From the human T2T-CHM13v2.0 reference genome, Homo sapiens, in the NCBI RefSeq assembly GCF_009914755.1, contig NC_060927.1: 64,000 nt of DNA; one strand, written 5' to 3'. The position numbers and the translations under genes were made by a program. Under the pieces are notes generated by a model. It did no database searches, was not told the origin of the DNA, and was given only the letters and a program-made list of their open reading frames with translations. Below, piece after piece: positions 29,502 through 43,728 of this stretch (position 1 is the stretch's first letter; the number at the start of each line of letters is the position of its first letter).

Positions 29502-29632
29502 GGTTGGGGCGCAGAGATAAAAGGTCGGGGTGTGGAAATAGGGGATGGGGCACAGAAATAAGAGGTCGGGGCACGGAAATAAGGGATTGGGGCACACAGA
29601 TACGAGGTTGGGGTGCAGAAATAAGGGATTGG
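29502..29632. repeat. ~21-bp G-rich tandem repeat (about 6 copies) in the HERV-H leader/gag region
   Basis: Repeating GG(T/A)(T/C)GGGG(C/T)(A/G)C(A/G)GAAATAA-like units. Confidence 0.8.
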
Positions 29633-30210
29633 GAGTTCTTGCCCCCTAGAAAGGCGGGACTTGCTGCTAATGGTGAAGGAGAAGGGGTTGAGGGGTACTT
29701 GCCCCTGCCCCAGGAAAGCAGAGAAGGGGTGGAGACAAGGAGAGAAGGGGTTGGGGTATTTGCCCCTTCCCCAGAAAAGCGGGACTTGCCGCTAAGGGCG
29801 AAGGACCAAGGCAGGCGTCCCTGCATGGTCTGACACCTTTGAAACGTGGATGAGTAATCAGAGAGGTGTCCCTGCAGTGATTAAACACCAAGGGAAGGCT
29901 GCCTTCCCAGTCCGTGACCGGCGCCGGAGTTTTGGGTCCACAGATAAAACGTGTCTCCTTTGTCTCTCCCAGAAAATGAAAGGAATTGAAATTAAGAGAA
30001 GGGAGAGATTGAAGAGTGGAAAGAAGAAAGTGGTTGAGGGACAGTGAGAGAGGTTGGAGAAGAGAGTAAGAAGAGGCCATTTACCTGATTTAAAATTGGT
30101 GAGATGTTCCTTGGGCTGGTCCGTCTGAGGACCTGAGGTCGTAGGTGGATCTTTCTCATGGAGCAAAGAACAGGAGGACAGGGGATTGATCTCCCAAGGG
30201 AGGTCCCCCG

Positions 30211-30228
30211 ATCTGAGTCACGGCACCA
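30211..30228 (-). other. Primer-binding site, tRNA-His
   Basis: Minus strand TGGTGCCGTGACTCAGAT (one mismatch to TGGTGCCGTGACTCGGAT), immediately after the 5' LTR. Confidence 0.92.
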
Positions 30229-30230
30229 AA

Positions 30231-30855
<625 letters not shown>

Positions 30856-30974
30856 CTAGGCAGAGAGTTAAAGCCTGGTGGCGGAGTGGTCAGGGAGCTG
30901 GGTTCTTGAGACAGCGCTGCTCAGCTCAATATCAACTGCAGATAATGTAGTTAGGGCTATAATGGTTGGTCTAC

Positions 30975-31216
30975 ACTGAATATGTACAGACCTTTTGTCA
31001 TTCTCTAAACAATACAGTATGACACAATGTACCTAGCATTTACACTGCGTTAGGTATTATGAGTAATCTAGAGATGATTTAAAGTGTACAGGAGGATGCG
31101 TGTGGGTGATATGCAAGTACTATGCCATTTTATGTCAAGGACTTGAGCATTCTCAATTTTGGTATCCATTGAGGATCCTGGAACCAACCCCCTCCATGGA
31201 TACTGAGTGACGACTG
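30975..31216 (+). mobile_element. MER2 (Tigger) 3' fragment
   Basis: AGCATTTACA...AGTAATCTAGAGATGATTTAAAGT...GGATACTGAG...CTG followed by TA. Confidence 0.8.
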
Positions 31217-31430
31217 TACGCTGAAGTCTGTGCAGGCCTCCAAGCTGCAAATCATTGTGAAGAAATAAGTCCTGATTCCTTTAAATAAATATCCCTTAAA
31301 GACCTGGAGTAAAGCCTAGAATGAGTAGGATAGAGTGGAAGAGAAGCCCAAGAGGCCTTGCCCTGGAGGTGCTTCCATGTGTTCATACCTGGAAGGCAGC
31401 TGGAAGCTGCAGGTATGGAGGCATTCCCTG

Positions 31431-32182
31431 TGAGGACTAACCTATGATTTGTTTATCTTGCCCGAATTCCTGTCTAAGGGGTCTGGAGAGTCATGCCCTA
31501 CAAATCATAAATTCTCATCAGATGGGTTTTATTGAACCCTATATATCATGATTTGCTTTCCAACCTGACTCTGGCATAACATTATGAGACAAGAAAATCA
31601 AAATATTTTACCCCAAGACACGTTTCTTTGCCATATTTTGAAATAGCCATGCAAAGCTGTTCTTTGTGGGGAAAAATTTGCATCTGTAAAGAATCTCTAC
31701 TAACATAGCTAGATCTTTTTCTTCCAGACCCTCCCAATCCTAAACAGATTAACTAAAATCTGAATTGGAAACATTTGTCACCTGTTGTCTCTAAGGGCAG
31801 CCACTATAAGACTTTAAAAGAACTTTGGTCTCCACAATCTGTATCTTAACCTGAACATTCTCTTTCTATGAATCCCAGGTCTTTAGACAAACTCAACCAA
31901 TTGTTATCTAGAAAATGTTTAAATTCACCTATGGCCTGGAATCACCTGCTTTGAATTCTTCTGCCTTTCTGCACCAAACCAATGTATTTCTTAAATGTAT
32001 TTGATTGATGTCTTATGCATCTCTAAAATGTGTAAAACCAAGCTGCGCCCTGCCTACCTTGGGCACATGTTGTCATGTTCTCAGGACCTCCTGAGGGCTG
32101 TGTCATGGGCCATGGTCATTCATATTTGGCTCAGAATAAATCTCTTCAAATATTTCACAGAGTTTGACTCTTTTCGTCGACA
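31431..32182 (+). mobile_element. MER4E-type solo LTR
   Basis: TGAGGACTAA...TTCGTCGACA termini with an internal AATAAA; perfect 4-bp TSD CCTG. Confidence 0.88.
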
Positions 32183-32689
32183 CCTGGAAACCTCTCTACT
32201 TTCCCCCATGACTTTAGTATCCTGTGTGTAATGGACGTTAGTCACAGAGCCATTTTCTGAGGCTTGTGTTTTGAGATGAGGGCTGGGAAAGCTCTAAAGA
32301 TCATAATAGCTGCGGCCTTTAAATATCTGAAGTGTGCCATGAAGTTGTGGAAAGGATACTATGTAGTCAATGTGAGTCCAAAAAGCAAACATAAAGTCAC
32401 TATGGATGCAACAGGAAAACATGTGGCTTGCCCGTTTTTATTTTAAACTCTCAAGAAAGAGTTTAACAAAAGACAGTGCTTTGTCAAAATCCAGCAGGTT
32501 ATGAAGTAGTGAGTAAGTGTAGTTGGAGGTATTCAAGCAGAGGTTTGAAATGCAGACAAGGTCAAAGAGGATTCTTTCATTGGGATCAGCAGTTGACCTA
32601 GATGATCTTCAAAGCTCATTCTAGCTCAGAAATAATACAATAATGACTAACATTTATTCAACATTTACTATGTTAGTTAAATACAATTC

Positions 32690-33118
32690 TGAGACAGCCA
32701 AATGCCTAGGCGGATAAAAAGTGATCCCCAGGGAATCTCTGACCCGTCCCACAAGTGTTTGCAGCAGATGCTTTTGTGCAGATGAGGGAACCTGCCCAGG
32801 GCTTGTGTGGGCATGCCCACAGCCGACTGGAGCCCAACACGCACACTGAGGAAGTGGGTGGATTATGGCAAATTTGCAACTTAAGCAAAGGAGGAGCCTG
32901 CTCTCTTCAGTTCCTTTGTGTGGCCTGGGATTAAATCTGTGAGGTCAGGGGTCTGTTAGCAGGACTCCATCTCACTTTGCTGAGTTTTCTTTCTTTTCTT
33001 CCTTTTCACCCAATAAAACCCTGTTCTACTCACCCTTCAATGTGTCTGCGTGCCTAAATTTTTCTAGTCATGTGACAAGAACCCAGGTTTTAGCTGAACT
33101 AAGCGAAATTCTGCAACA
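32690..33118 (+). mobile_element. MER61-type solo LTR
   Basis: TGAGACAGCC start, GGGCATGCCC core, AATAAA, ending GCTGAACTAAG...GCAACA. Confidence 0.78.
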
Positions 33119-33584
33119 TTTTTATGAATAATAAATACTATTCTAAGAACTGTTAACATATGCCACCATTTGACTCTCACAAATTCGTAAGATGGATACC
33201 ATTATTTTGTTCATTTTAAAGATAGGATATTGAGACCCAGGGAAATCAAGTCACTTGGTCAATTGTCACACAGCCAGTAAGTGGTGAAGCCAGGATTTGA
33301 ATGCAGACAGGCTGATGGCAGAATTTATAATCTTCATCTCTTGTAAGATCAGAGTGTCTGAACCTGAGGTATTATCGCACAACAGTGTGACACTAAGACA
33401 ATCATTAGAAACAGCCCAGTAACAACAGTGATGGACTCTTATGTGTTAGCAAATTCCGCATCCTGTTAGTGAGTTACTTAGCTCAGTAATCTGACATTTG
33501 AAATGTCTACAAATACTATTACCCAAGGGACATATCACTGCCTGTTGCCTCAGAGAATAAGATAATCATGCCCTTGACAGATAG

Positions 33585-33936
<352 letters not shown>

Positions 33937-34574
33937 TCTTTGCTTCTTTTGTGATGTTAGAGGGGCATTATGAATGCATGATCCAATCTGATCACAGGAT
34001 GCCTGAGGGCAGGAAGTGTAGCTGTGTTTCTTTAAGTGCAACATATTCCTCCTCTTCCTCTACAAGTCACCCTGGGTTCACAAACAAGTACGCTAAGCCC
34101 ATGTAGTTCTGGCAGACACAGCACCTGATCTTAAGGAGCTTGTGAACTATTAGAACTGTTGTCACCTCACAACTCACTCATAACGAAAATACATGGGAAA
34201 TGTAACAGAAGTACCGGAAAGAGTTTTTAGTGGTCAGAGAAGAGACAGCATATTTCCCAGTGGGAACAGTCAGGGGAATCTTTTCCCAGTGCAGGCAGGA
34301 TTTAATTCATTCATTCAACTCCAACTTTCTTTGGTGCTCTACTTGATGCTGGGGTTCATCAGCGAGTAAGCCAGGTGTGGAGCCTCTGAGAGCTAACCGT
34401 TTTGTTGGAGAAGACAAATAATCCTGCCATCACAATGCGCAGTGATTAAGAGAGTGGGCGCTGCCACCAGGCTGCCCAGTTCAAATCTCTCCTTTAATCC
34501 TTTGCTGGCCAAGCAACCCAGGGCAAGTAATTGAATTATTTCAAGGCTTATTTGAGTCACCCATGAAAGGTGGA

Positions 34575-35046
34575 TGTCAGGCCTCTGAGCCCAGGCCACG
34601 CCATCGCATCCCCTGTGACTTGCACGTATACATCCAGATGGCCTGAAGTAACTGAAGATCCACAAAAGAAGTAAAAACAGCCTTAACTGATGACATTCCA
34701 CCATTGTGATTTGTTCCTGCCCCACCCTAACTGATCAATGTACTTTGTAATCTCCCCCACCCTTAAGAAGGTACTTTGTAGTCTCCCCCACCCTTAAGAA
34801 GGTTCTTTGTAATTCTCCCCACCCTTGAGAATGTACTTTGTGAGATCCACCCCTGCCCACCAGAGAGCAACCCCCTTTGACTGTAATTTTCCATTACCTT
34901 CCCAAATCCTATCAAACGGCCCCACCCCTATCTCCCTTCGCTGACTCTCTTTTCGGACTCAGCCCGCCTGCACCCAGGTGAAATAAACAGCCATGTTGCT
35001 CACACAAAGCCTGTTTGGTGGTCTCTTCACACGGACGCGCATGAAA
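34575..35046 (+). mobile_element. Solo HERV-H LTR, LTR7Y-type (472 bp), inserted in a MIR
   Basis: TGTCAGGCC...GCATGAAA termini; tandem CTTTGTAxTCTCCCCCACCCTT repeats joined to the type-I GAGAGCAACCCCCTTTGAC block; perfect 5-bp TSD GTGGA. Confidence 0.92.
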
Positions 35047-37530
35047 GTGGAAAAACAAGAGCCTATCATAGGGTTGATATCAGAAGAAAATGTAAATCTT
35101 TAGCAGGGTACCTGCTTGGCATATAGTAAGTGCTCATTAAGTGCTAGCAATCCTTATAAATGCTGTGGTATGGAAAATGTGGGCTGCTAAAGAGAGTATA
35201 GAAACTTGCCTCCTCCTCAGCCCAAGTATAGGAGAGAATAGGAGAGAAGAACACCAGGCTGGATAAAAGAATGCGCCATGAAGAGGGGAATGAGACATTT
35301 TAGGTAGAAGAAAGAGCAAGAACAAAGAAATGGAGGTGGGATTATGCAGCCTTTTGTGGGAAAGGAAAAGCATCCGCTATGTCTGTTGAGAAACGCTCAG
35401 GTGGTAGGAGCTGTGCTTTGCAAGTTAAATGAGACCAGATCATGGGTTGGAACTTGAGTGCCTCGCTGAGCAGTTCACCCAGTGGGGCAGCCCTACAGTG
35501 TGAGAGCAGGGCTTGATTTCCATGGTTACATGCTTTTTTTTTTTCTTTTTTGTGTAGGTCCTGCTGAGTTTACTTGGAATCAGGAAATATTGGAGGACAT
35601 ATAGATTCGGGTAAAGGTATAGCCAAGAACTGTCTAGATCAGGGAGTGGTTATAACTTTGGACATTACAAAACTGGAGGAGGCTTGTAGATAGCCATCAT
35701 TTCATATTTATTCTGAAAATATTTAATAAGGAAAATTTATGAGCACAGCAATACTCCTTCATGGGGAAAATAGAAAGTAGCTCCTTATATATGTTTCTGA
35801 GTATCTAAGAGGTTTGGGAGAGGGTCATTTTGCCTTTACCAAAGCTATAGGTGTTTCATGTAATTGTGACCCACAAATTGCTAGAGCAGGAAGGAAACTT
35901 TGAGATCAGGTAATATGGTTCTACTGATTTTAAGTACACAGAAATGTAGAAGCAGAGAGGCCACGTTCTTTGGTCACATGGCAAGTCTCAGCAGTGACAG
36001 AATGCAGACCTGTCATTTCTCCCTTTCTTGTTCTTTCCACACAGGTCTTGCTAATACTATCTCTCTCCTATAGTTTCTGAGAGTTATCAATGTAGAATGT
36101 ATTAACTGAGTTTCATATTTACGCCTGAGACAGACCTGCATAGATATACAGGGGTATAGGTCACCATTTTATCACACCAGATGTCAGCTGCTTTCAGAAG
36201 CATGGGTCCAAGATGCCTGAAATACCAGTCAGTCAAACAACGGCAAGAAGTTAAAATAGTAAAGGTAGTGCTAAACCAAAAAGGCTACGGATGCCAAAGC
36301 CCTTAGACTAGCCAGCCTTGTTAGCTGCCATGTAAGGCAACACCAGGGTCAGTATGACTCATGAGTTTATTCTGGTGCAGACTTGGCCGGTTCTGGGCTG
36401 GAGTGTTTATTTGAGGGCCTTCTGAATCTGTTCCCCATGGGTTTACAGATAAGGAGCTTTAGGCCCCTTGGCCTCCTACTTGGTATGAAAGTCATCTCTC
36501 TTCCTGAGCAGGGCTTGGCTCCTGGAAGCTGAGAGAGGTGCACCTCCTGGAGCTGCTGCCTCAGACAGCCTGCAATAAGACTGACCTCACACCTGCCCTG
36601 CTGGCCAGCCTCTCGGTCCTGGGACATTGCCCATTCTAGCCTCAGGGCTCACCTTTCCTACTTCTCTTTCAGGCTGTGTCTGGCACTAACCATCCTGCCA
36701 CCCCTAACCACAAGGTGAGGCGTAGCCTATACCCAGCTCAAGGGAAGGGCCTCCCTCCAGGATATGTAGATCAGGGCTCTTTCTTACTGGAACTTCTCTC
36801 TGTGATTCATACAGGAGTTAATCTAGGTCAAGAATTGTGTCCCAGGGAAGTAAATATCTGCTCTGGGACACCAAAGAGAGAATCTGCAGTTTGAGGATTC
36901 TTGGTTCCTTAGTGGCTAACAAGTGAGGACTCCCTTAGCCCTCTTCTCCTGAATGAGGTCTACAAAGGAATTAACTTAGATCCTTGAGAGACCAACATTG
37001 GCTTTCAAGAGAAAGTGAGAACAGTTTTTGATAAAGTAATGGACTTCACAACTGATGTGACTAGTAGTGAAGGATGCACCTGGTTGTTTCACTGCCTTTT
37101 GTCCTGTTTGCCTGATGTACATGACTTTCCAATTTCATTCACCCATGTCAAATTATCACAACCCCCAAATTCCGTGGAAACTTATAAATTAACCTCCAAA
37201 GCAAAGCCAATCAAAAGTTGAGGCCTTAGAAAAATGACAATTCTTTTGACCTGAGAAGCCAGGCTTCTAGATAATAGACCTATGTATTGTGCTAATTACC
37301 TACTCTTATGTGTTCCCTGAGTATTTCAAATATAGACATTCATTGGTAAGTATATGTGAGGCTGTAAGAGGAACATTTTTGAACTGTTTTACATATGTAA
37401 GTTTATTATTACAATGATAGGAACAGTATGGAAAAATTCAGACCCCAGAAGATTAAACTAGAAGTCCACAGCTACAAGGAGCAAGGACATGAGTTCACTG
37501 TTTTGAAAGCAAAAATTTAGGAGAGAACAA

Positions 37531-37930
37531 TGATGGTTAATTTCATGTGTCACTTTGACAGGTCCATGGGGTGCAGATATTTGGTTAAACATTATTTCTG
37601 GTGTGTCTCTGTGAAGTGTTTCCAAATGAGATTAGCATTTGAATCTGTAGACTGAGGAAAGTAGATTGCCCTCCTCAGTGTAGGTGGGGCATCATCCAAT
37701 CTGTTGAGGGATAGAATAGAACAAAATGGCAGAGGAAGGAAGAATTCACTCTTTTGCCTGATTACCTGAACTGGGACATCTCTTGAACTGTAACCTACAC
37801 CATTGGTCCTCTGGGTTCTCAAGCTTTTTGACTTGAACTGTAGCTACACCACCAGCTTTCCTAGGTCTTCAGCTCACAGAGGGGAGATCATGGGCTTTTC
37901 AGTCCTTATAATTATGTGAGCCAATCCCTT

Positions 37931-37969
<39 letters not shown>

Positions 37970-38009
37970 CCTATTGGTTCTGTTTCTCTGGAGAATTCTG
38001 ACTAATGCA
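37531..38009 (+). mobile_element. MLT2 (ERVL) solo LTR containing (TC)n
   Basis: TGATGGTTAATTTCATGTGTCA start; CCTATTGGTTCTGTTTCTCTGGAGAA...CTAAT end; TC repeat at ~37934-37965. Confidence 0.85.
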
Positions 38010-40240
38010 GTAAGCAAAAGAAAAATGCTTATTTATTTACTTTCTATTATGGAAAGTTTCAATATACAAAAATACATAGAATAGTATAATAAATGTCCAT
38101 GTATCTACTACTCACCCTCAACGTTACCAACTCATGGTCAATCATATTTCATCTACACCCCTACCCATATTATTTGAAGGAAATCTCAGATATTGGGTTA
38201 AAGAAAATGTTTTAGAAGACATATAACTGATGGTTACTGAAGCTGGGTGATGGGCACATGGAGTTTCATTGTCTGTTTTGCTTTTCTATGTGCTTGAAAG
38301 TTTCCATAATATTCAGATTAACAAATAGAGATTGTTTTGCCATTATGGAAAATTATGTCAGAGAGTAGAATAAATAGTGCTCTGTCTTTCTCCTAAAGTT
38401 GCATTTCAGCTCATTACAAGGTATTCTTTAAAAAAGCTTTCATGTTTAAAGACTAAAACAAGCCAGTGGTGTTCTGCCAATGCAGAATTTCACAACTTAT
38501 AAACATAGGCTTTAATAGTGGTAACAATAAAACCACAACACCCCTTTCACTTCCCAAAAGTAGTCAATATTAACTGCCTGCTTACTGTGGGCTGGCACGT
38601 TGTTAAGTGCTTTCTATTGCAAGGCACAGAGAGTCAAGGTTTTGAAAGTGAGATGGTGGCACTCAGTAAAGAAGAGCTTCTTAATAGCCAGGGGTTAGAG
38701 AGTGCTGCTATCACTGGATAACGAGCTCCACATCACTGGAAATGTTCACATTCAGGCTAGGTAACTGCTTGGCTCTCAATAGGCATTGGTTATTACTTCA
38801 ATTTCAGAGGCAACCCTAATCCCAGATCACTGGGTCTGTCTAAAGATAGACAGTGAAGTCTCCTCATTCTATATGAAGAACCATCTTCTCACTAAATTAA
38901 AATCTGATTATTTTATACCTATTTATGTCTTCATATGAAATGTCTCAGAGTCACTGGCACATCTGATTAGGATTAGACTAGATAATTTCCAAGATCCCTT
39001 TTACTCCATAATTCTGTTCTATACATCTTTGTATTTTCAGGTCATATGGTAGAGACTCAGCCAAAGTGACTGAATGCAAATGTGATTCAGGTTTATTCTG
39101 TGGCCACTGTGAAATACACATCTGCTGTCCAGAGCGGTTTCCTCTCATTTGCAAAAGAGAGGACCAAGTTTTCTTGTTTTATTGCTTTTCTTGGAAAGAT
39201 CATGCTCAGAAGGAGGGCAAGTGTGCATCAGAATGGATTTTTTTCTACTCCTTCCTCCACTTTCTTTCTTTCTTTTTACCCTAGTGAGTAGAGGTCTTTG
39301 ATATAATAGAATAAAGGGACATAAACTTTGTTAGCATAGTAAGAAATGACAGCTATGCAATGGAATGTGGTCAGTATTAGTGGGAGAAAGGTTATTAGCT
39401 TATAGATACTCTACACCGAAGGTTGAAGCAAGGTCCTGAAGAGAAAGTAGAAGAGCAGAAGAGATCAAAGAGAAGACCTAGAAAGGAGACCAGAAAAAAT
39501 AAGGGGAAGTTCTGGACATGCATTCTAGGTGGACTCTCAGTGGACCTATTGGAGATTTGATGGAAGAGTAAAGGAAAGTTGTGTCCTGTCTTCTGAACTC
39601 CATGAGTATGCCATTCAACCACAGTAAGACGGTCTGATAATGTACAGTGACTTCATTTCCTACTAGACCTTCCATGAAATGTTATTAGGGTTGAACGGTT
39701 GCATATCTTTCCAAAACTGCTTCAGGAAGAATCTCTTGGGGGTACAGTCTGAAGATACGTTCCCATAATAGTGGCTGCTTGGCAACAGGAACATGCTTAA
39801 GGGTCAGTCTTCATGTCCTAAGCCAAAGGCTCTGGGTTAGTGTGGGTCACCTGGCTATTGATGTTCACTGGACATGAAATGAGTGAGACTAATTTATCTC
39901 TATATCCCATGTGTCCAGTATAGAGCCTGGCACATGGTAGTTGATAATTCAGAGTGTTTTAAAAAACAAATAAATGAATAACATTGTTGCTTCCCCACAT
40001 GTAATGTTGCCTTGCCCCTTCTTCAGAATAAGGGGAAGGAAGCTGTCTTTTATTTTAGATCAAATATCCTGAAAATAGGGAAATTAGTTTTTGAGGACTT
40101 GATAATTTCTCTCAAGTATGCCCTTCTTCACTTCCTGGACCATGGCACTGTTCCCTTGGTAATATCCATAGAACATTTTCTGATGAATGCTCTTCTCAAA
40201 GACAAGATCTTGCACTTGAAAAAAAAAAAAAAAGCAGAGA

Positions 40241-40737
<497 letters not shown>

Positions 40738-41194
40738 TCAAGAGAATGAAGACTGGGGGACTTTGGATTTTGGGCTGTATATCTCTGAAGGGCCCTCGCT
40801 GATGGTAGGCACATATGCCTCACAAAATTGAGCAAGAGCTTGGAAAAGAAGTTCAATGGTTGCTGTTGGGGTGGAGGGGAAGCAAAGGAAGAGGTTCTTA
40901 TAAATCATGACTGGGCATGCAGAGGTGGGTGGTACTGGCAGGCTGGGTACCTGTAATGCTTTCCTTTGCTTTGACCCAAAGGGAGCAGCCCTACTGTTCC
41001 TATCTGGCTATGTTTTGGGATTGGACTTGCTGGATTAGTTTACTCTTTGGCTACTTTGCCTTTTTGATCCTTAGTTTGCTTTTTTTTTTTTTTTTTTTTG
41101 CAAAATAATGTCAACCTCTACCTACATCATAGAATTGGACATCGTGTTCTCAAGGCACTAAGCTCTTTGAAGGATGAAGAAAAATAATCAGGTA

Positions 41195-41483
41195 CTGTGG
41201 TAGAAAGTCTCCAAAGATGGCTGCCACCAATTCCTTCCCTTCCTATAGGCACAGGCAATTTCCCCATCAAGAGTTGAAGTTTATTTCCCATTCCCCTATA
41301 TCGGGCTGGCCCTGTGATTGCTTTCATCAACAGAATATGACAGGAGTGATGTTATGGGACTTCTGACTCTAGCCTTAAGGAGGACTGGAAGCTTCCATTT
41401 ATTCTTCCTAGAATGAATCTTCTTGGAAACAAACTACCATGTAGTGAAGAAGCCTGAGCAGCTAAAAGGAAAGACCCAAGTGG
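41195..41483 (+). mobile_element. MLT1 (G/H-type) LTR fragment
   Basis: TGTGGTAG...AAAGATGGCTGCCA...GGGCTGGCCCTGTGA...CAACAGAAT. Confidence 0.6.
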
Positions 41484-42660
41484 AGAAATACCATAATGGT
41501 GAATAAGGCATTATGAAAGTTCACAAATGGCAGAGGCATTGTGGAGAGGAAGGGAAGTCCATATTCACGGTAATTGTTTCTTCCAGTGAAAACAAAGGTC
41601 TATCCCTTCCTTGATGGAAATGGTCCAGTGTAATCAACTTGCCACCAGGTCGTTGGTTGTTTCCCATGGAATCATGGCCCAATCAATTGTTCAGTGTTGG
41701 TCTCTCTCTGTTTTTGGAATTTGGGCATTGTATTAGTCCATTCTTGCACTGCTAAAAAGAAATACCTGAGACTGGGTAATTTATTAATATAAAGAAAAGA
41801 GGTTTAATTGGCTCAGGGTTCCATAGGCTGTACAGGTAGCATAGCTGAGGAGGCCTTAGGAAACTTACAATCATGACGGAAGGTGAAGGAAAGCAGGCTT
41901 GTCTTACGTGGCTGAAGCAGGAGGAAGAGAGAGCGAAGGGGGAGGTGCTACACTCATTTAAACAACCAGATCTCATGAGAACTCACTCACTATCACCAGA
42001 AGAGCAAGGGGGAAATCCACCACTATAATCCAATCACCTCCCACCAGGACCCTCTTCCAACATTGGGGATTACAATTCAACATGAGATTTGGGTGGGGAC
42101 ACAAATCCAAACCATATCAGGCACTTAGCAGTGGATTTAGAGAATTCCTTATATACCATTGTGATATTCCATATAGCATTGCTTCTGACTGGCAACTCAT
42201 TTCAAAGTAAAGGAAATCTGGCAATGAGCTCACACTCATGAAATTCATTAGTCTTAACTATATCACCCATAATCCTGAAGTAGTTGGCCTGATTGAACAA
42301 TGTGGTGGTCTTTGGAAGACTCAGTTATAGAATCAGCTGGGGGACAGGACCTTGCAGGGCTAGGATAATGTTCTCCAGGATGTGGTACATGCTCAGAATT
42401 AGCAACCATGATGATATAGTGCTTAGTTCCAAGAATTAAAGGGTAGAATGGACTGGCTTTCTCAAAATTAGCCCTAATGGTAAACTAGTTTTTTTTCCCT
42501 TTTCTTTCTGTACCCATAACTTTGATCTCTGCTATTTTAGAAATCTTAGTACCCAAGGAAAAAAAATGTTGCCATTAGAGAAGAAAATTAAAAATTCCTT
42601 TAAAGTTGAGACTACTACATGGGCTCTTAATATCATTAAATCAACAGATGGAGGGGCTTA
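41484..42660. pseudogene. ERVL-class integrase remnant in two opposite orientations
   Basis: Minus strand 41484-42133 (interrupted by an MST LTR) encodes WWQVDYTGPFPS...HNASA...CLIHHYGI. Plus strand from ~42146 encodes IPYSIASD...HNPEVVGLIEQ...QLGDRTLQG. Confidence 0.75.
41729..42119 (-). mobile_element. MST (MSTA/B) solo LTR
   Basis: TGTATTAGTC...CCATATCA termini; TSD GGCAT/GGCAC. Confidence 0.9.
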
Positions 42661-43232
42661 CTGTTCTGGTCCAGCAATGTTGGGGCATTCTGGAAGGAAA
42701 GAGTCTTTGTTTTGGGACTGTGAGGCACATTTAGATCTTTGGTACAGGGTACCAGTAGAAACTTCCAGTCATGGGTCCAGCCCTAAAACACACCCCTCCT
42801 TCTTCTCAAATGCCATTTAGGGATAGAAAATTGTGCATAGTTGAGAATTTTTCATGAGTGCATCATTTCAAGAAAAAAAATTAGAGGCTTGTTTTTTCTT
42901 TTCATTGCTCTATTTTCTAGTTGGGAACTTAATTTAAAGCATTTTATCCACTTAAAACATGATCACAAACTTTAAGAAATTGACCAGGGTGAGGCCAACA
43001 GCTTTAGAGATGTCTGAATTGGCCTTCTCTAAATTGTAGATTCCATGGTGTTAGAGGTCATTTGATAGAGAGCAAGTTGCAATACCACAGTATTTTTTTC
43101 TGTCTTGATAGAAATTTTTATTAGAGAAAATACTCTGCTATCCAGAAGGATGCATTATATTGGCCTCTGCACAGCAAGCTTGGGTTCTAAATAAAACTTA
43201 ATTTGTGCCAATGGGGATTGCATCAGCTGGTT

Positions 43233-43270
43233 ACACACACACACACACTCACACACACACACACACACAC
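43233..43270. repeat. (CA)n microsatellite
   Basis: About 19 AC units with one interruption. Confidence 0.95.
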
Positions 43271-43601
43271 CCCTCTGGTGATTCTTACTTTCTGTCTTCT
43301 GTCATCATAGTGTTTATTGTAGCAACACCTGCAAAATACTTCTAGAGGATTTGTTCTGGGTAGCACTGTTTGTTATAAGCTCCTCTCAGCTTCACGTATT
43401 TTCTGGGAAGGTCCACAGCCCCCATTCTCATTTTGGCCAGTAACTCCCACCTGAGGCAGTTCCCATCATATCTGTGAGGTTTGTTAAACGAGTTTACTTA
43501 TTTAGGTGTTGGTTGCCTTAATTCAGAGGTAAGAATACTGACTTGAAGGACTGAAAGTTTAATGAAGGGTCCTGAAGAACTTAAGAGTTTTTCCCAATGC
43601 C

Positions 43602-43728
43602 GGCCAGGTGAGATGGCGCATGCCTGTGATCTTAGCACTTTGGGAGGTGGAGGCAGGAGGTTTGCTTGAGCCCAGGAGTTTGGGACCAGCCTGGGCAACA
43701 CAGCAAGACCCCGTCTCTACATAAAAAA
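43602..43728 (+). mobile_element. FLAM / Alu monomer
   Basis: GGCCAGGTG...GCCCAGGAGTTTGGGACCAGCCTGGGCAAC...TCTCTAC with an A tail. Confidence 0.85.

Noticed and set aside
34562-34574. Left flank CATGAAAGGTGGA resembling the LTR7Y end plus TSD
   Set aside because: Short match that fits the host MIR sequence; likely coincidence.
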